NCBI RefSeq assembly: GCF_028641065.1
Contig: NC_073404.1
Location: 13,888,001 to 13,952,000 of the forward strand
Direction of reading: 5' to 3'
Source: Leucoraja erinacea
Taxonomy: Eukaryota
Length of the DNA stretch: 64,000 bases
Shown: piece after piece, positions 26,201-39,000 of the stretch
Numbering within the stretch: the first letter of the stretch is position 1
How the letters are laid out: each line of letters begins with the position of its first letter
Position numbers and translations under genes: made by a program
Notes under the pieces: generated by a model
The model's database searches: none
The model's input: only the letters and a program-made list of their open reading frames with translations
Told to the model about the DNA's origin: nothing

Positions 26201-27691
26201 TTAACAATTATGTGAATATTGTAACAATTGCAAATAAATATTTTCTTTTTTTTTTTAAATGGCCCCCTCTATTCTATTTTCTCTCTCATGTCCAGGGAAT
26301 GAACAGCACAGAACTGATTGCTAATTGACAGCATCTGAATGTAATTGGTGTGAGCTGTTGCAGCCTAGAGAAGTATGTGGAGAGGGGAGGGGAGGGGGAG
26401 AGAAAGAGAGAGACTGATGAGAGAGAGATACAAAAAGTTAAGGGGAGATACTGGCAAATGAGGGGAAATAGAAGGGCAGTGAGGTAGACAGCCCCTCTAT
26501 CACCCGATCCTGAAGCTCACTGACATCCACTTTTGCTGGGACTCGGTATCCTCTCCCCAAGGAAACCTGTGGCAATGTGCTGACAATACCCCAGTCCCAC
26601 AGGCAGCTTTCTAATCAGTGGGTGCACTGATGCTGCTGTCGGGTCTGCAGTTTCCAGAGATGTAGTAATAATGTCCTTGCCTTGAGTAAATATTATCTGC
26701 CAACCAATTCACCAGAATCTCTGCTCTGCAGAGTGCACAGGGAATTGATGGAATTGTGCCTTGTCCAGGCTGACAGTGCGCTGTGCGGCACAACATGTAA
26801 CCAGCAGACTAATTCCACATGGGGGGTGTGGATTAATCTGATTGCCAACCAAAATGCGGATGTGGTATTGTCACTCAGCAAAGGGTGGGACTCTGTGTTT
26901 ACCTCGCATTTAATTTGAGATTGAAATCAGGATTAAGAGATTGTTAGAGATCACTGTCTCTGAGGGATCCCACTCAAAGGGCAGGTGGGGAGCAGGTTTG
27001 TAACTGGAACGACGATGAGGCTTTGAAGCAGAGTAATAGTCGATGATATTCAGATATAGAAAAATCCTCCTGTAATTAAAAGATCATCTGAGAGGCTCAT
27101 CAGTATAGAACAATCTGATTGTTGTAAATCGAAGGGTTTTAGATATAAAATAATGAAAAAAGTTATCATTGCCTTGTCCTTTGCTATACAATTGTGTTAC
27201 AGTCTGGATTAGTAAAAGGATCAGAAGGTCTTGCAGCAAAAGGTTCAGGAGCCAGAGCTTAGGCAATCTTTATTTCATTTAATCTGCACAGGTTTAGTCA
27301 CTACAGGGGGTGGGGGTGGGAAGAGCGATAGAGAGGGAAAACTTTGCATCTGGACACTGCACAGGAACAGAATGGTGACACAGAGGCTCTCTTTACTTAA
27401 AGGAACCGCGCTGTTTCTATTGCATCCATTTTATAAATGTGTTTCTGTCTTTTTGCTTTACCAAAAATGTTCCTGCCACCCAACACTGCCCCCATCTGCC
27501 TTCCTTGTGCCATCGGAACATGGGCCATTCCACTGGGCTATCCGCTCCCTGTCCATATAAGTGAGCAGGAAACCACCACATACTGTGGGCGGTGGGCAGA
27601 TACAGGAGGAGCACTAGCGACACAAGCCTGCTCCCTTGCTTCTCGTTAGACCTGCATGGAATTTCCACCACCCAAGGAAAACATTTTTTTC

Positions 27692-27820
27692 TGTCTGAAG
27701 ATGGGTCTCGACCCGAAACGTCACCCATTCCTTGTCTCCAGAGATGCTGCCTGTCCCATTGAGTTACTCCAGCTTTTTGTGTCTATCTGTGGTTTAAACC
27801 AGCATCTGCAGTTCCTTCCT
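27692..27820 (+). mobile_element. Short Penelope-derived element with hammerhead-like motif
   Basis: CTGAAGATGGGTCTCGACCCGAAACGTC 27695-27722; flanked by aaacatttt(ttt)ctgt repeats. Confidence 0.75.
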
Positions 27821-28465
27821 AAACATTTTCTGTAACACATAAACAAGTAGTAACTCCCCAAAGCAGAATATTAGACCCCTGCCACCCTCCCCAATTTATG
27901 TACCAAAATGTTGTTGCTATCAGGCAGAGGTTGATCACACTCTCATCATTGATCACCCAAGTACCACAAAGTGACGCTCATCACACTAGATTAGTCTCTA
28001 TGCCCATTGGTCTCATGGCTGCACCCATCTCTAATCCCCAGCCTTTCCCCAATACCCATCCCTTCACCTACAGCCACAGGGTGTAATGGGAGAGGCTGGC
28101 TCCAGCAGAACAAAGCTCCCCACCTTGTTACAGTTATAGCACAATCACCTCTGGAGATGGGCAAGCTTAGGTCAACAGTTGCCGAGAACCAGTTGGAAAA
28201 AGAGCTCAAGTATGGTTGGTGTGAGATTGGCTCACGGTCACAACATTCTCAGACACTGTCAACTCTGCAACCCACTCTGCTGTTAAGAGGGCTTTTCAGT
28301 ATCTACCTGATTTCAGTTAAGGCAGGTGCTCCTGGCTGGCATTTGAGGAGGAGTGCAGTGATCTCTGGAAGGGACAAGAGACTCCAGGCTGACAGAGGAG
28401 TTTGCTTTTGGTATGAGCTGCTCCAGGGAAAAGATCCATCCAGGTCCAATACTGAGGTGGAAATG

Positions 28466-30837
28466 CTACTCGTTGGTGACGATGGCGGCGTTGTAGATGA
28501 GGTATGAGGTGTGGCGGAGGGATGTGTGTGCTTCAGGTGTGGCCTGGTCCTCAGGCAGTGGTTCCAGATGTGGCACGACCTGGTCACTGTGCTTCATACA
28601 GGGAGTCATCCTGGCCCCTTTACTCCCAGATCCGAGTGTGTCTCTCTCTCCAGGAACCGTGCGAGCCGGGAAACCAAAGGCCAAGGGCTTGTCCCTGGTG
28701 ACCTGCTGCACGCAGTGGGGAGCATGGTGATACTGCGTTAGGGGTCCATGCCCCGCTGCCGGGGTGCTGCAGAAACCGGCCGTACAGTACATACACCTTC
28801 TGCCCACTCCGCTATTTGACGGAGCCTGGGCTGAGCGGGATGCAGGGGGGCTCCATCCCCGCGGGCACCTCTTCACCATCCTGCCCTGTCTAGTGCATCG
28901 CGCCCGGCGGTTCTGGAACCAAACCTGGAAAACCACAAAGGAGAAGTAAGTGGATATCAGAGTACAGACACTGGCATCTGGAGCGAAATACACAGTGCTG
29001 GAGGAACTCAGCAGCAAAGATCATAGATTGCTCAGCAGGTCTGGGAGCATCTGCGGAAGGAATGGACGGGGAACGTTTCAGCTCGGGACTCTTCAGACTG
29101 AATCTTCAGTTTCAACATTTAGTCTGAAAAAGGGCATTATTAATACACTTCTGGACCCTGACCCGAAACGTCGCCTGTCCATTCCCCAAAACCAAGATGC
29201 TCCTTGACCTGCTGAGTTCCTCCATCGCCAAGATTCCAGCATCTCAAGTTTGCTGTGTCTCCATCTCATCTCTTGAGCTGGAGGAGAATGGAAAACCTCT
29301 AAATGCAATCTGATTTTAACCAGGGGTCACATTGCAATTAAGAAGAACGATAAAATGTTTATTCGTACGATAATATATTAAAACATTTGAAATACGTAGT
29401 GGATAGCGGATCCCACAGCTAAGCCAACATTCAGTTCCTCGACCAGCAAAGGAGATAATTTAGCCATGATCACATTGCTTTTGTTGAATCAAGCCGTGTA
29501 CAAGTTGGCCGCTCCCGCTCCCGCTTTACAACAGCAAGTTTATTTGAAGAGTGGGACATGTCCGCCATCCCAGGACCTCCTCACTTGCACTTTCACTGCA
29601 CTCCTTCTGTGGCAATCACGGCCTTTGCTTGGATAGGGAGATCGAACTGTACACTGTGAAGGTTATGAGAGATTTGCTCTTGTATTCAAATCAGGGAATG
29701 AAGTCCAGGATGTTTCTCGCCCTCCTGACTCTTGCCACTTGATCCCTCATGCCTGCCCTACCATTCAATGCTATCACGACTGGTCTGCCCCAGGCCCCGT
29801 CTCCTGTCTTCCCCACTTGCCCCTTGTCCCTAATTCCTCAATGAATACCCCCCAAACATCCCATGGATTCGCCGCGGGTGCAGGAAGTGCCTCAGTTTAA
29901 AGTAACTGCCCCTTAACGTGGGATTGTCTCCTCTCCAAGACTCTCTCGCCGGCAGAAACATCACCACGTCTCCCCGTCACGTCCCCTTGGGACCCCCCTC
30001 ATTCCGCGGGACTCAGAGCCGATGGAGAGCCTCGGACAGCGGGAACCCACCTGGATCTTGGCCTCGGCAATTCCGGTGATCTCGGCCAGCCTCTCCCTCA
30101 GGCTGATGCCCGGGTAGGGAGTCACCACGAAGGCCTCCTCCAACTCTCCCAGTTGCCACTTGCTGAAGATGGTTCTTTTCCTCTTGCGCTGCCCCCCACT
30201 CCCGCATCCCAGGCCCACCGCCCGGGGCAAACATAGGGGTCTGGTGTCTAGAGGAGTGAGATGAGGGCGAAGGGGGAGTCAGGCGGAATCATCTATCACC
30301 CTGGTCTGACCCACCACCATCCACAGATTCCCCCCACTCAGACCAACATCCCACCCACACCTCCCTGCACCCTCTCGCACAACTCTAGCTCACCATCATC
30401 CTTCCCACGCCCTCCCCCCACCCTCTGCCCCCCGCCCTCCTTCCACCGTTTCTCTTGATCACTCCTCTTCGACCATGTCTGACCTAGACTCGCACCCCCG
30501 ACTCCCATCTCTCTTTCCGCACTCAATACTCTTGCAGGTCACCACCCGGAATATGGACTATATCCCTCTGCCTCCACAGACGCTGCTTGACCGCGGGCTC
30601 CTGCAGCGAGCGGATCAATGTGTGTTCCTCTAGATTCCAGCCTCTGCCGTCTTTTGAGTCTCCCTCAGCCAAAGGTTTCACATCCTCCTCTCACCCTCCC
30701 CTCCTCACCCTGCCCCCTATTCTCCCCATCACCCTCGACCACATTCACACCCCTCCTTCCCTTTCTTCGCCCCCTGCTCTCACATTTCTCAATTCCTTCC
30801 CCCTCCACCCTCGCACGACAACCTCACCATCGTCCAT
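28466..30837 (-). CDS. SEBOX: Paired-like (Q50) homeobox protein SEBOX (Mix/mezzo-related)
   Basis: Exon 30247-30051 (RKRKRTIFSKWQLGELEEAFVVTPYPGISLRERLAEITGIAEAKIQ) splices to 28924-28466 (VWFQNRRAR...HTSLRHTSYLIYNAAIVTNE*). The C-terminal motif resembles SEBOX SDLIYASAIVTN, and the gene lies next to TMEM199 as in mammals. Putative 10-nt first coding exon 30837-30828 (ATG GAC GAT G|gtgagg, phase-compatible, in-frame TAG upstream) is less certain. Confidence 0.88.
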
Positions 30838-31194
30838 CGGGTACTGCTAGTCGGCCCCTCCGGTGGATTGCTCCAGTTCGAGTGTCTGCCCGCTCTCCAG
30901 TCCGCTTTGAAGCGGCCGCCGGGACCTCCCCCACCCGCCCCGCCCGGGGGACGTCCCCGAGACGCCAGACAAATTCACACCTCCCGGGCTCAGGGCAATA
31001 AACAGTCCCGGGACAAGAACTGACTCCACACACACAATGGGACACACGCACACAGTCAGTGGCACCCAGCGTCAGATAGACACACACACACACACACTGT
31101 CACACACATAGAGAGGCAGTCACACTCACTGTCAGAGACTCACAGAGTCAGGCATAGACACAGTCAGAGACAAACACAGTCCAATACATTTTGT

Positions 31195-31329
31195 TTAAGA
31201 AGGAACTGCAGATGTTGGAAAATCGAATGTTGCCTATTTCCTTCGCTCCATAGATGCTGCTGCACCCGCTGAGTTGATCCAGCATTTCTGTCTACCTTCG
31301 ATTTTCCAGCATCTGCAGTTCCTTCTTAA
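31195..31329. repeat. Fold-back short element (Penelope-tail derived) with long inverted ends
   Basis: ttaagaaggaactgcagatgttggaaaatcgaa (31195-31227) versus ttcgattttccagcatctgcagttccttcttaa (31297-31329), one mismatch. Confidence 0.75.
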
Positions 31330-31569
31330 ACACACACACGCCGAGTCAGTCACACATAGACGCGGGATCTTACACACAGAGTCATTGAGAAACAAGAGCA
31401 TTCAGGCGTCCTGAGCAAAAAAATAACTTTCTGCTGGAGGAACTCTGCAGGTCAGGCAGCACCCGTGGCGGGAATTGGACGATTGACATTTGCGGTTGGG
31501 CTGCAATTGTGGGTTGCAGCAGTCAGGGGGGGAGGGGGGGGGGGGGGGGGGGGGGAGCTGAATACAGAG

Positions 31570-32340
31570 GTGTGTCAACTACTTTGTTGAGTGGTGTGGG
31601 CTGAATCCCCTACAGCTCCACAGTCGATAGGTGTTCAGGTGCTTATAATAGGACTCAGGTTTGTCCGTAATTGCCTCTTGGCATTCCTGATGACCCGCAA
31701 GATTTATTTGACCACTCGGGATCGTTTCTTCGGCATTCGAGAAGATTTGACAAGTCCACGAGGAATATCTCAAACTTCTATAGATGCGCTACAGAAATGA
31801 ATCTTGCGGGAACATCTCGATTTGGTAATGGAAACTGCTCTGCTCTTAACTGCCTGAACCTACAGTGAGTGGTGAACACAGTCCAGTCTATCACAGGCTC
31901 GTCACTTACTTCGATCCAGTCCATCTTCGTGGTGCGTTGCATCGGGAAGGACAGAAGTATTGTCGAGGTGCCTGCTGCTCTGGCCATTCCTTTTTCTCTC
32001 TTCGATAAGTAGGTACAGCAGATTGAAAGTTCTGGCATCCAGACTGAAGCACAGCTTCTTCCTCGCTGTTATCAGTCACCCAAAACATCTATTTTACACC
32101 CCCCCCCCCCCCCCCCGTTCCTGGGTGTGATGCCACGTATTCCTGCTCTTTACCTCATTCAGTTATTGTACCTTTTTTTTGCACTACCTCAGAGTGCACC
32201 TGTTCAGCTGTTTTGCGCTTGTCATTGTATTAAACGTGTATTTTTCATTACTGTGTGTATACTGTTTACTCTGTGAACTTCGTGTGAACAAGGAATTTTA
32301 TTGCACCCTGATGCATCTGACAATCGGGTAATCTGAACCT
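31570..32340 (+). mobile_element. Degenerate Rex1/Babar-like LINE 3' fragment
   Basis: Residual motifs (gtggtgaacacagtccagtctatcacagg, aagcacagcttcttcc, tgacaatc..ctgaa tail); boundaries approximate. Confidence 0.5.
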
Positions 32341-33252
32341 GGATCTGAGGGAACTAACAAATCCAGACTTCCCTCAATAATGAATGAGATGCAGCAGACA
32401 ATTAAAGAACAATAACCTGCTTACAACCAAGTAGTTGGCTGCAAATACCAACGAAGACCATGGCTGATTACATCAGCATCAGAGAGGAAGTGAAAACTAA
32501 AATAAGAGAACAAAGAGAGTGAGGGAAGATGTGTTGGCAATGTGAAGAAAAGGGCAGGACAAGGCGAATTGTGTCTTCAACCGGAACTTGCACAGAGACG
32601 GCATTAGTGAAGAGTTAACATCCAACTTCACCAAGAGGGCGCTCACACACTAAAGTACTAACATACAACAGTGCTGCATAGGAACAAACTCTTCGGCCCA
32701 CAATGTCCATGTCAAACATGATGGCAAGATAAACTAATTTCATCTGCTTGCACATGATCCACATCCCTTCTTACTCTACATATTCACGTGGTTATCTAAA
32801 GCCTCTGTAGGGCAACTATCTTATGTACTTCCACCACCGCTCCTGGTAGTGTGTTCCAGACATCCACCACTCTCTATGTAAAAAACCTGCCCCGCATATC
32901 TATATTACTAAAAGTCTGATCTTGACCGCTTTTGGCCCACTGTGCTTCGATTTCCGACAGAATGCCGCCACCTACGGCCGTCATTTTTGGCCACCTCGCT
33001 CAGAGTCCCCCTCCGCCTTTCGGGACCGGAGGATTTTTCCCATCAATGAAAAATCAGAGAGATATTAATGGGTTTTTTTAAATTGCCATTCTCTCTGCTG
33101 CCCCTTCTGGATGGAGGGGGAGGGACTATAAAACCCGGAAGTGGTGTTCCTCACTCAGTCTCTGCAAGATGGAGAAAGCCTGAGGGTCATGTCTGTCTGA
33201 GCTGTGAATAACACTGAACACATGTCTACTTAAATGTGAGTACCCTTAATGT

Positions 33253-33510
33253 GGTTCTAAAATGCTTGCAAAAAGTGTCTACTGTTTCTAAAATGGTTGC
33301 AAAAGGTGTATCTATTGGTTTGAAAATGCTTGCAAAAAGTGTCTCTATTGGTTCTAAAATGCTTTCAAAAAGTGTCTCTACTGGTTCTAAAATGGTTGCA
33401 AAAAGTGCTATATTTGGTTCTAAAATGGTTGCAAAATGTGTCTCTATTTGGTTCTAAAATGCTTGCAAAAAGTGTATTGGTTCTAAAATGCTTGCAAAGC
33501 GTGTCTATTG
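33253..33510. repeat. ~33-bp minisatellite inside the Helitron
   Basis: About 8 copies of ggttctaaaatg(c/g)ttgcaaaaagtgtctctatt, followed by (GA)n at 33523-33575. Confidence 0.85.
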
Positions 33511-33518
33511 CCTGTTGT

Positions 33519-33557
<39 letters not shown>

Positions 33558-33689
33558 AGAGAGAGAGAGAGAGAGATCACGACTGTCTGAGCTGTGAATC
33601 AACTAAACACACTGAATGTCTACTGAACTGTGAGTGTGGTGTTTTGTGTGGTTTTATGGTGGTTTCACCCTGATTGAAATGGTATGCAT

Positions 33690-33915
33690 TTGGTGGTGGC
33701 CTTGCACCCTGCTTGAAATGGCAGGAAACAGCACGAGTTTGGTGGCCCTGCACCCTGCTTGAAGTGATATGAAACTGCACTTGAATCGGTGGCCTTGCAG
33801 CCTGCTTGAAGTGGCAAGAAACTGGACTTGAATTTGGTGGCTTGGTACCCTGCTTGAAATGGTAGGAAACTGCATTTGAATTTGGTTGCCTTACACCCTG
33901 CTTGAAGTGGAATTT
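33690..33915. repeat. ~47-bp minisatellite inside the Helitron
   Basis: About 5 copies of ggtggccttgcaccctgcttgaa(a/g)tggcaggaaactgcacttgaatt. Confidence 0.75.
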
Positions 33916-34749
33916 CAAAGAATGGCCATGAGTCAACTGTTAGTCCACCAGCCGTTAGTGAGCTGCCAGCACATCAGGCTTGAGTGACTGAGCTGCCACC
34001 TCAAGAATCCATTTGGCCCACAATGTCCATACTAACCAGTCCCTTCAGCCCACTGCATCGGAGGACCAGCCCTCCCGTGTGAACATGGGACCCAACGGGT
34101 CCCACTTAGTCTAGTTTATTTTCAATTTTGCCCCTTTCACCTTAAAGCAATGTCCTCTTGTCTTTGACAATTTCCACCCTGGTAAACCTCCCGCACCCTC
34201 TCCAAAGCCTTCACACCACATCCTTCCTATAGTGGGGCATCCTGTACTGCGCACAAAACTCCACATGCAGCTTAACCAATGTTTAATAAAGTTGCAACAT
34301 GATTTCCTGACCCTTGTTCTCTATGCCTTGACCAAAGAAGACAAGTACATCAAAAGCCATCATTACGATTCCATCTACTTGTGTTGCCATTTTATTAAAC
34401 TGTTCTGTGTTCGTTGTATGAGGCATTGAAAAAGGGAAGGAATCCCCATGACAGAGATGTGGCAAACTCTTTTCTCTCAGAGGGAACTGCGTTCTCTCAG
34501 AGGTATCATGCAAAAGCCAGGGTGGGAGGAGATGCAGTCGCTGCAGCTATGTGAGTCAGTGAGTTTATAATAGATAGACACAAAAAGCTGGAGTAACGCA
34601 ATGGGACAGGCAGCATCCCTGGAGAGAAGGAATGGGTGCCGTCATCCATTCCTTCTCGCAAGAGATGCTGCCTGTCCTGCTAAGTTACTCCAGCTTTCTG
34701 TGTCTATCTTTTGTTTAAACCAGCATCTGCAGTTTTTTCCCTAAACAGT

Positions 34750-35660
34750 TTATAATAGACGTCTGTCCTGTGTGATGGAGGGAGAGAGATCAAGAAAAGG
34801 GAGAGTGTTGTCGGAGATGGTGTTCAACGTAAAGGGCCTGTCCCACTATGAGGACCTAATTTGCGAAGTGTTTGCGCTCGCCACAAACTCGCAGCATGGT
34901 CTACACGTGACCAACAAGAAGACAGGCATAGTTGGAGGCCCTGCGGGTACCCATGGCTACACCTTAGACGAACGCGTTGAGAGAAGTCTAAAGCAAAAAT
35001 GTTAATAGTTCAGGAAGAGAGTTGGTTGAGGGGGACGGACGAGTTCTCTGTTCAAGGAAGAACCAGAGGGCCCAGAGATGTTCCTGGTGGGAAATGGAGG
35101 TGTAAAGGGCCTGGACATCTATGGTAAAGATTAAGTGAAGGAGACCTATAATTTGGATGTTGATGAGGTGGAATAGAATTGGGGTATTTAGAGATGGGGC
35201 AGAAACAGCACGTTTGTCAAGGCAGACCTGCTTGTAGATTTCGGAAACGAATAAAAAATGGGCAGCGCAGGGTTGGCGAACCAAAAGGTTGGAAGCTGTC
35301 GAGGGAAGATTGCAAGAGACGATAAGATCAGTGATGGTTCATTGGACGTAGAAACAAGGAACCGCAGATGTTAGTTTACAAAAAATATATACAAATTGCT
35401 GGAGTAACTCCAGAAGATGGGTCCGACCGGAAATGTCACGTATCCATGTTCTCCAGAGATGCTGCCTGACTCGCTGAGTTACTCCAGCACTTCGTGCCTG
35501 ATGTTCATGATGTGTATGGGTTGTGGGCAATGGTGGTCAAGGTATGATATGTCCGAGACCTGACGCCTGGCCACTGCAAGGGAAAGGTCAGCCTGCCAGA
35601 CTACAATAGCACCTCCCTGGCCAACGGGTTCGGTGACAATATTGGGAGAGGTCCCTTCCT
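34750..35660 (-). mobile_element. Degenerate Penelope-like RT fragment
   Basis: IFTIDVQALYTSISHQEHLWALWFFLEQR and PVGQGGAIVVWQADLSLAVARRQVSD resemble PLE RT motifs (FTMDVxSLYTSIPH; PADKGGAVVVW). Confidence 0.7.
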
Positions 35661-36004
35661 CTCCCCACCCTCCCCGGCCAGCTCTCTCCCCATAGAAACC
35701 CCACGCCCACCTCGCGGTAGAGCCTTTCCCTCTCATTGTACCTGGTCTCTCCGCGTTTCCCCCCCCCCCCCCAGAACCGGACTTGACCCTCACCACGATC
35801 TCCCTCCCTGTTGCCCTCTCCCCTGCTCTCCTCCCTACCTCCTCCCCGTGGAATACCGGTCCCCGGGAACCTGGATCCCCCACCCCCCCCCCCACCCCCC
35901 CCTCCCCCTCCCTCCCTCCCTCGTTCTCTGCAGAAGATCCGGCTCGTTCGGGTGAAGGTCGCTGAGCTCCCGGTGGGCGCCGACCACTTAGCTGGAGGAA
36001 CGGC

Positions 36005-36060
36005 GGCTCCAAACTTGGAGCGCGGTATTTTTACCCTCGGCGCAGCCTATATAAGCTAGG
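36005..36060 (+). promoter_or_regulatory. Muscle-type proximal promoter of the RLC gene
   Basis: TATATAA 36048-36054, about 45 nt before the ATG; MEF2-like GGTATTTTTACC 36024-36035; CArG-like CCAAACTTGG 36009-36018. Confidence 0.65.
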
Positions 36061-36096
36061 GTCTGCCCACAATCTGCCCGACACAGGATCAGAGTC

Positions 36097-39000
36097 ATGG
36101 TGAGCGGCGGACGCCCCATGGACTTTCGTTTGCCCGCTCTCTCCCTCTCCCTCTCCCACCACCTTCACCTTCTCCCAGGTTTGATGCTGATTGTCACCTC
36201 ATCTGTTTCAGGCCCCGAAAAAGGCGAAGAAGAGGACGGAGAAGGGAAGTTCCAATGTCTTCTCCAATTTCGACCAGATTCAGATCCAGGAGTTCAAGGA
36301 GGTGAGTGGGGGGGAGTGAGATCAGGAGAGGTCCAGCCCCACACGCCAGCCAGGTTAACCCAGCAGAACCATTCCAGTGCCTAGCCCTGGCGGCTTGAGC
36401 GCGCACGGTTCTGCCGTTGGAAACCAGGTGGAACACCTGAGCTGGGAGTTGGTTTGATAAAAACCGGCAGTGGGAGACCTGTCCAGAGTATAACATTAAG
36501 TTGTAAATTGTTGGCTGGGGGCGGTCACCCACTGAAAGCTCGCGTTGCATTTCAATCCTCTCTCCCGCAGGCTTTCACTATTATGGACCAAAACAGAGAT
36601 GGTGTCATCAATAGGGAAGATTTGAGAGGCACCTTCGCTGCTCTGGGTAGGGTCACTCTTTACAAAATCTTCAGAGATTTCACAAAGTGTAGGAGACACA
36701 CGATGTGAACGTATGCGCTTCTCTTCCACCAGGGCGCGTGAATGTTAAGAACGAGGAGCTGGATGCGATGTTGAAGGAGGCCGCGGCACCGATCAACTTC
36801 ACCATCTTCCTCACAATGTTCGGGGAGAAGCTGAAAGGTAAAGTGAACAAGAAATGATGTGAGATGACGAAGGTTACATTAGGTGATTGCCATCACCTTC
36901 CCTGGCCTTCCCACGGCATATAATGATGCCCCTGTCCCACTTAGGAAACCTGAACGGAAACCTCTGGAGACTTTGCGCCCCACCAAAGGTTTCGGTGCGG
37001 TTGCCGGAGGTTGCAGGTAGTTGCCGGAGGTTGCAGGTGGTTGCCGGAGGTTGCAGGTAATGGAAGCAGGTAGGGAGACTGACAAAAAAAAACCTCCGGT
37101 AACCGCATGGAAACCTTGGGTGGGGCGCAAAGTCTCGAGAGGTTTCTGTTCAGGTTTCCTAAGTGGGACAGGGGCATAATTGTATCCAGCCTCCTCAGCC
37201 CACCAATGCGAACTCAGTGTCTCAAGCAGCATCTCAGTCTGAAGAAGGATCCCGACCCAAAATATCACCCATCCGTTTTCTCTAGAGATGCTGCTTGACC
37301 CGCCGAGTTCTCCAGCACTTTGTGTCTTTTTACCAAAAAATAACGATTGGATTATAAGTGTGTGTTAATGATCTTTTTCTTCCTGTGCATTTGAACAGGT
37401 GCTGATCCAGAAGAAACAATTCTCAATGCTTTTAAGATTTTTGACCCAGAAGGCAAAGGACATATCAAAGCAGATTAGTAAGTGTAAAACAGTCAGAAAC
37501 CGTCCACACTTGAATCCACTGTAGATTGTTGAAAAAACATCTTCCAGGGCATGCAATCAATGTGTACAGACATTTATATTCCTCCTGTCTTCACACGCAC
37601 CTCAGTGAAAATTATATTTCACAATGAAGAACAATATAACTGTATGAGGAAGTTTTAATCCATGAATGCCCCAATTCGTTGGGAGCTTCTTTTTCCTTTT
37701 TGTATGCCTGTGCCTTTATTGAACGCTTATGCCTCTATGGCATCAATAGCAACACCTGTGTCCCTCTGTTAAACCAACATTCCTCTATTAATGTATATTC
37801 CTCTTACAGCAAATGGTTACCTTTAAAGTCCAGTGTTTCACTGAACGAAGTTCCTTCTTGAAGTTTTGTTTAACTCTGTCTTCCTGTTAAGTCCACTTTG
37901 AAATTCTGTGTCTCCCTGTGAAATATTAGCACTTCCTTATCGTCCTTATTTCTGAAGTCCATTACTCGTCTGTAAGATCCTGCAGGGCTCAGGTGTGTTA
38001 CAGCTGCACAAGAAGCAGGAGAGATCTGGACAGGAACTGATGCAGTATACTTGTTTCCTCTCTCAGCCCTTGGGCATGCTGGCACTTTACTCCTAATTAC
38101 ACATAGTGTAAGTAGGTGGCAAATTAATCAAATGAAAAAGGTGAGAGGAAAAAGTAAATTGCAGGGCTGCAGGGAATAAAACAAAGCGGAATGAGACCAC
38201 AGGGTTTGCTCTGGAGTGAAGCCGGCATTGGATTTTCTGGCCATGTGGGCTCTTCTGTCATATGTATGTGATGATGGTTCTTGTTCTTTGTTAATAACGA
38301 ACACTTCTAACATTACTGCAATAGATATTGCAATTCTATACTCGCTTATCTAACCAGTTGGCGAACTGTGCACTGTAAATTTTCTTCTCTCTATTGCAGC
38401 TTCAAACAAATGCTGCAGACCCAAGCAGACCGATTTAATGATGAGGAGGTAATGAATGAAAGCTGCTAATATTAGATATCAGATTTTCACTTGATGATAG
38501 TATTAACATTAAAATTCTCCAGAGATCCAGCCAATTCATGTTCCGAGTTACAATCGGGTATGATTTCTCTGGGAATGGTTTACTGACATTAATAGTTATT
38601 AATTTGGCCAGAATTTTTCCCACAAACTCTATGACCTAGTTGCCCTTCACTAGCAGATGTATGAGATTTGAAATTCCAATTGCCTGTTAAAGCAGTTTAA
38701 TGACTAATGCGATAGGCAGGTGGTGAATCTTTAAGCATCTCTGGGCAACAATTGTGCATTCCTCATCCAGCTGGAACGTTGACTACTCCCCTCTCGTGCC
38801 CAGAGCCTGTGTGATACTTGATTATACCCCTTCTGTGTGACTTCTCCAAGGGGAATCAATTCGGAGAATTATAACAAATCTAGAGCACTGGTTTTGGCCA
38901 CACTATAGTTTCATGATGACCACGCTTAGGGGCTCTGCTTGTCACCCTTTGAGCGAATACACTTGTCATCCCAGTCACCTACCTTTATTCTCAAAATGTG

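Larger units (their letters stand above)
32899..34114 (+). mobile_element. Non-autonomous Helitron
   Basis: Starts TC after A (32898|32899) and ends CTAG before T (34114|34115). Subterminal hairpin tgggaccc-aac-gggtccca 34086-34104; no TSD; interrupts a minus-strand CR1. Confidence 0.85.

Noticed and set aside
23500-27600. Possible extra gene between TMEM199 and SEBOX
   Set aside because: Only short ORFs and old repeat fragments; I found no chain of exons or recognisable peptide. Probably 3' UTR or intergenic DNA.
28303-28587. Alternative-frame 94-aa ORF overlapping the SEBOX end
   Set aside because: The SEBOX-type C-terminal motif is in the frame ending at 28466; this frame has no recognisable features.
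31526-31555. Long G run (also C runs at 13255 and 32099) as a G-quadruplex element
   Set aside because: Simple homopolymers of uncertain length, with no supporting context.
33253-33510. CRISPR-like regular ~33-bp repeats
   Set aside because: Head-to-tail minisatellite with no unique spacers and no cas genes, in a eukaryotic Helitron.
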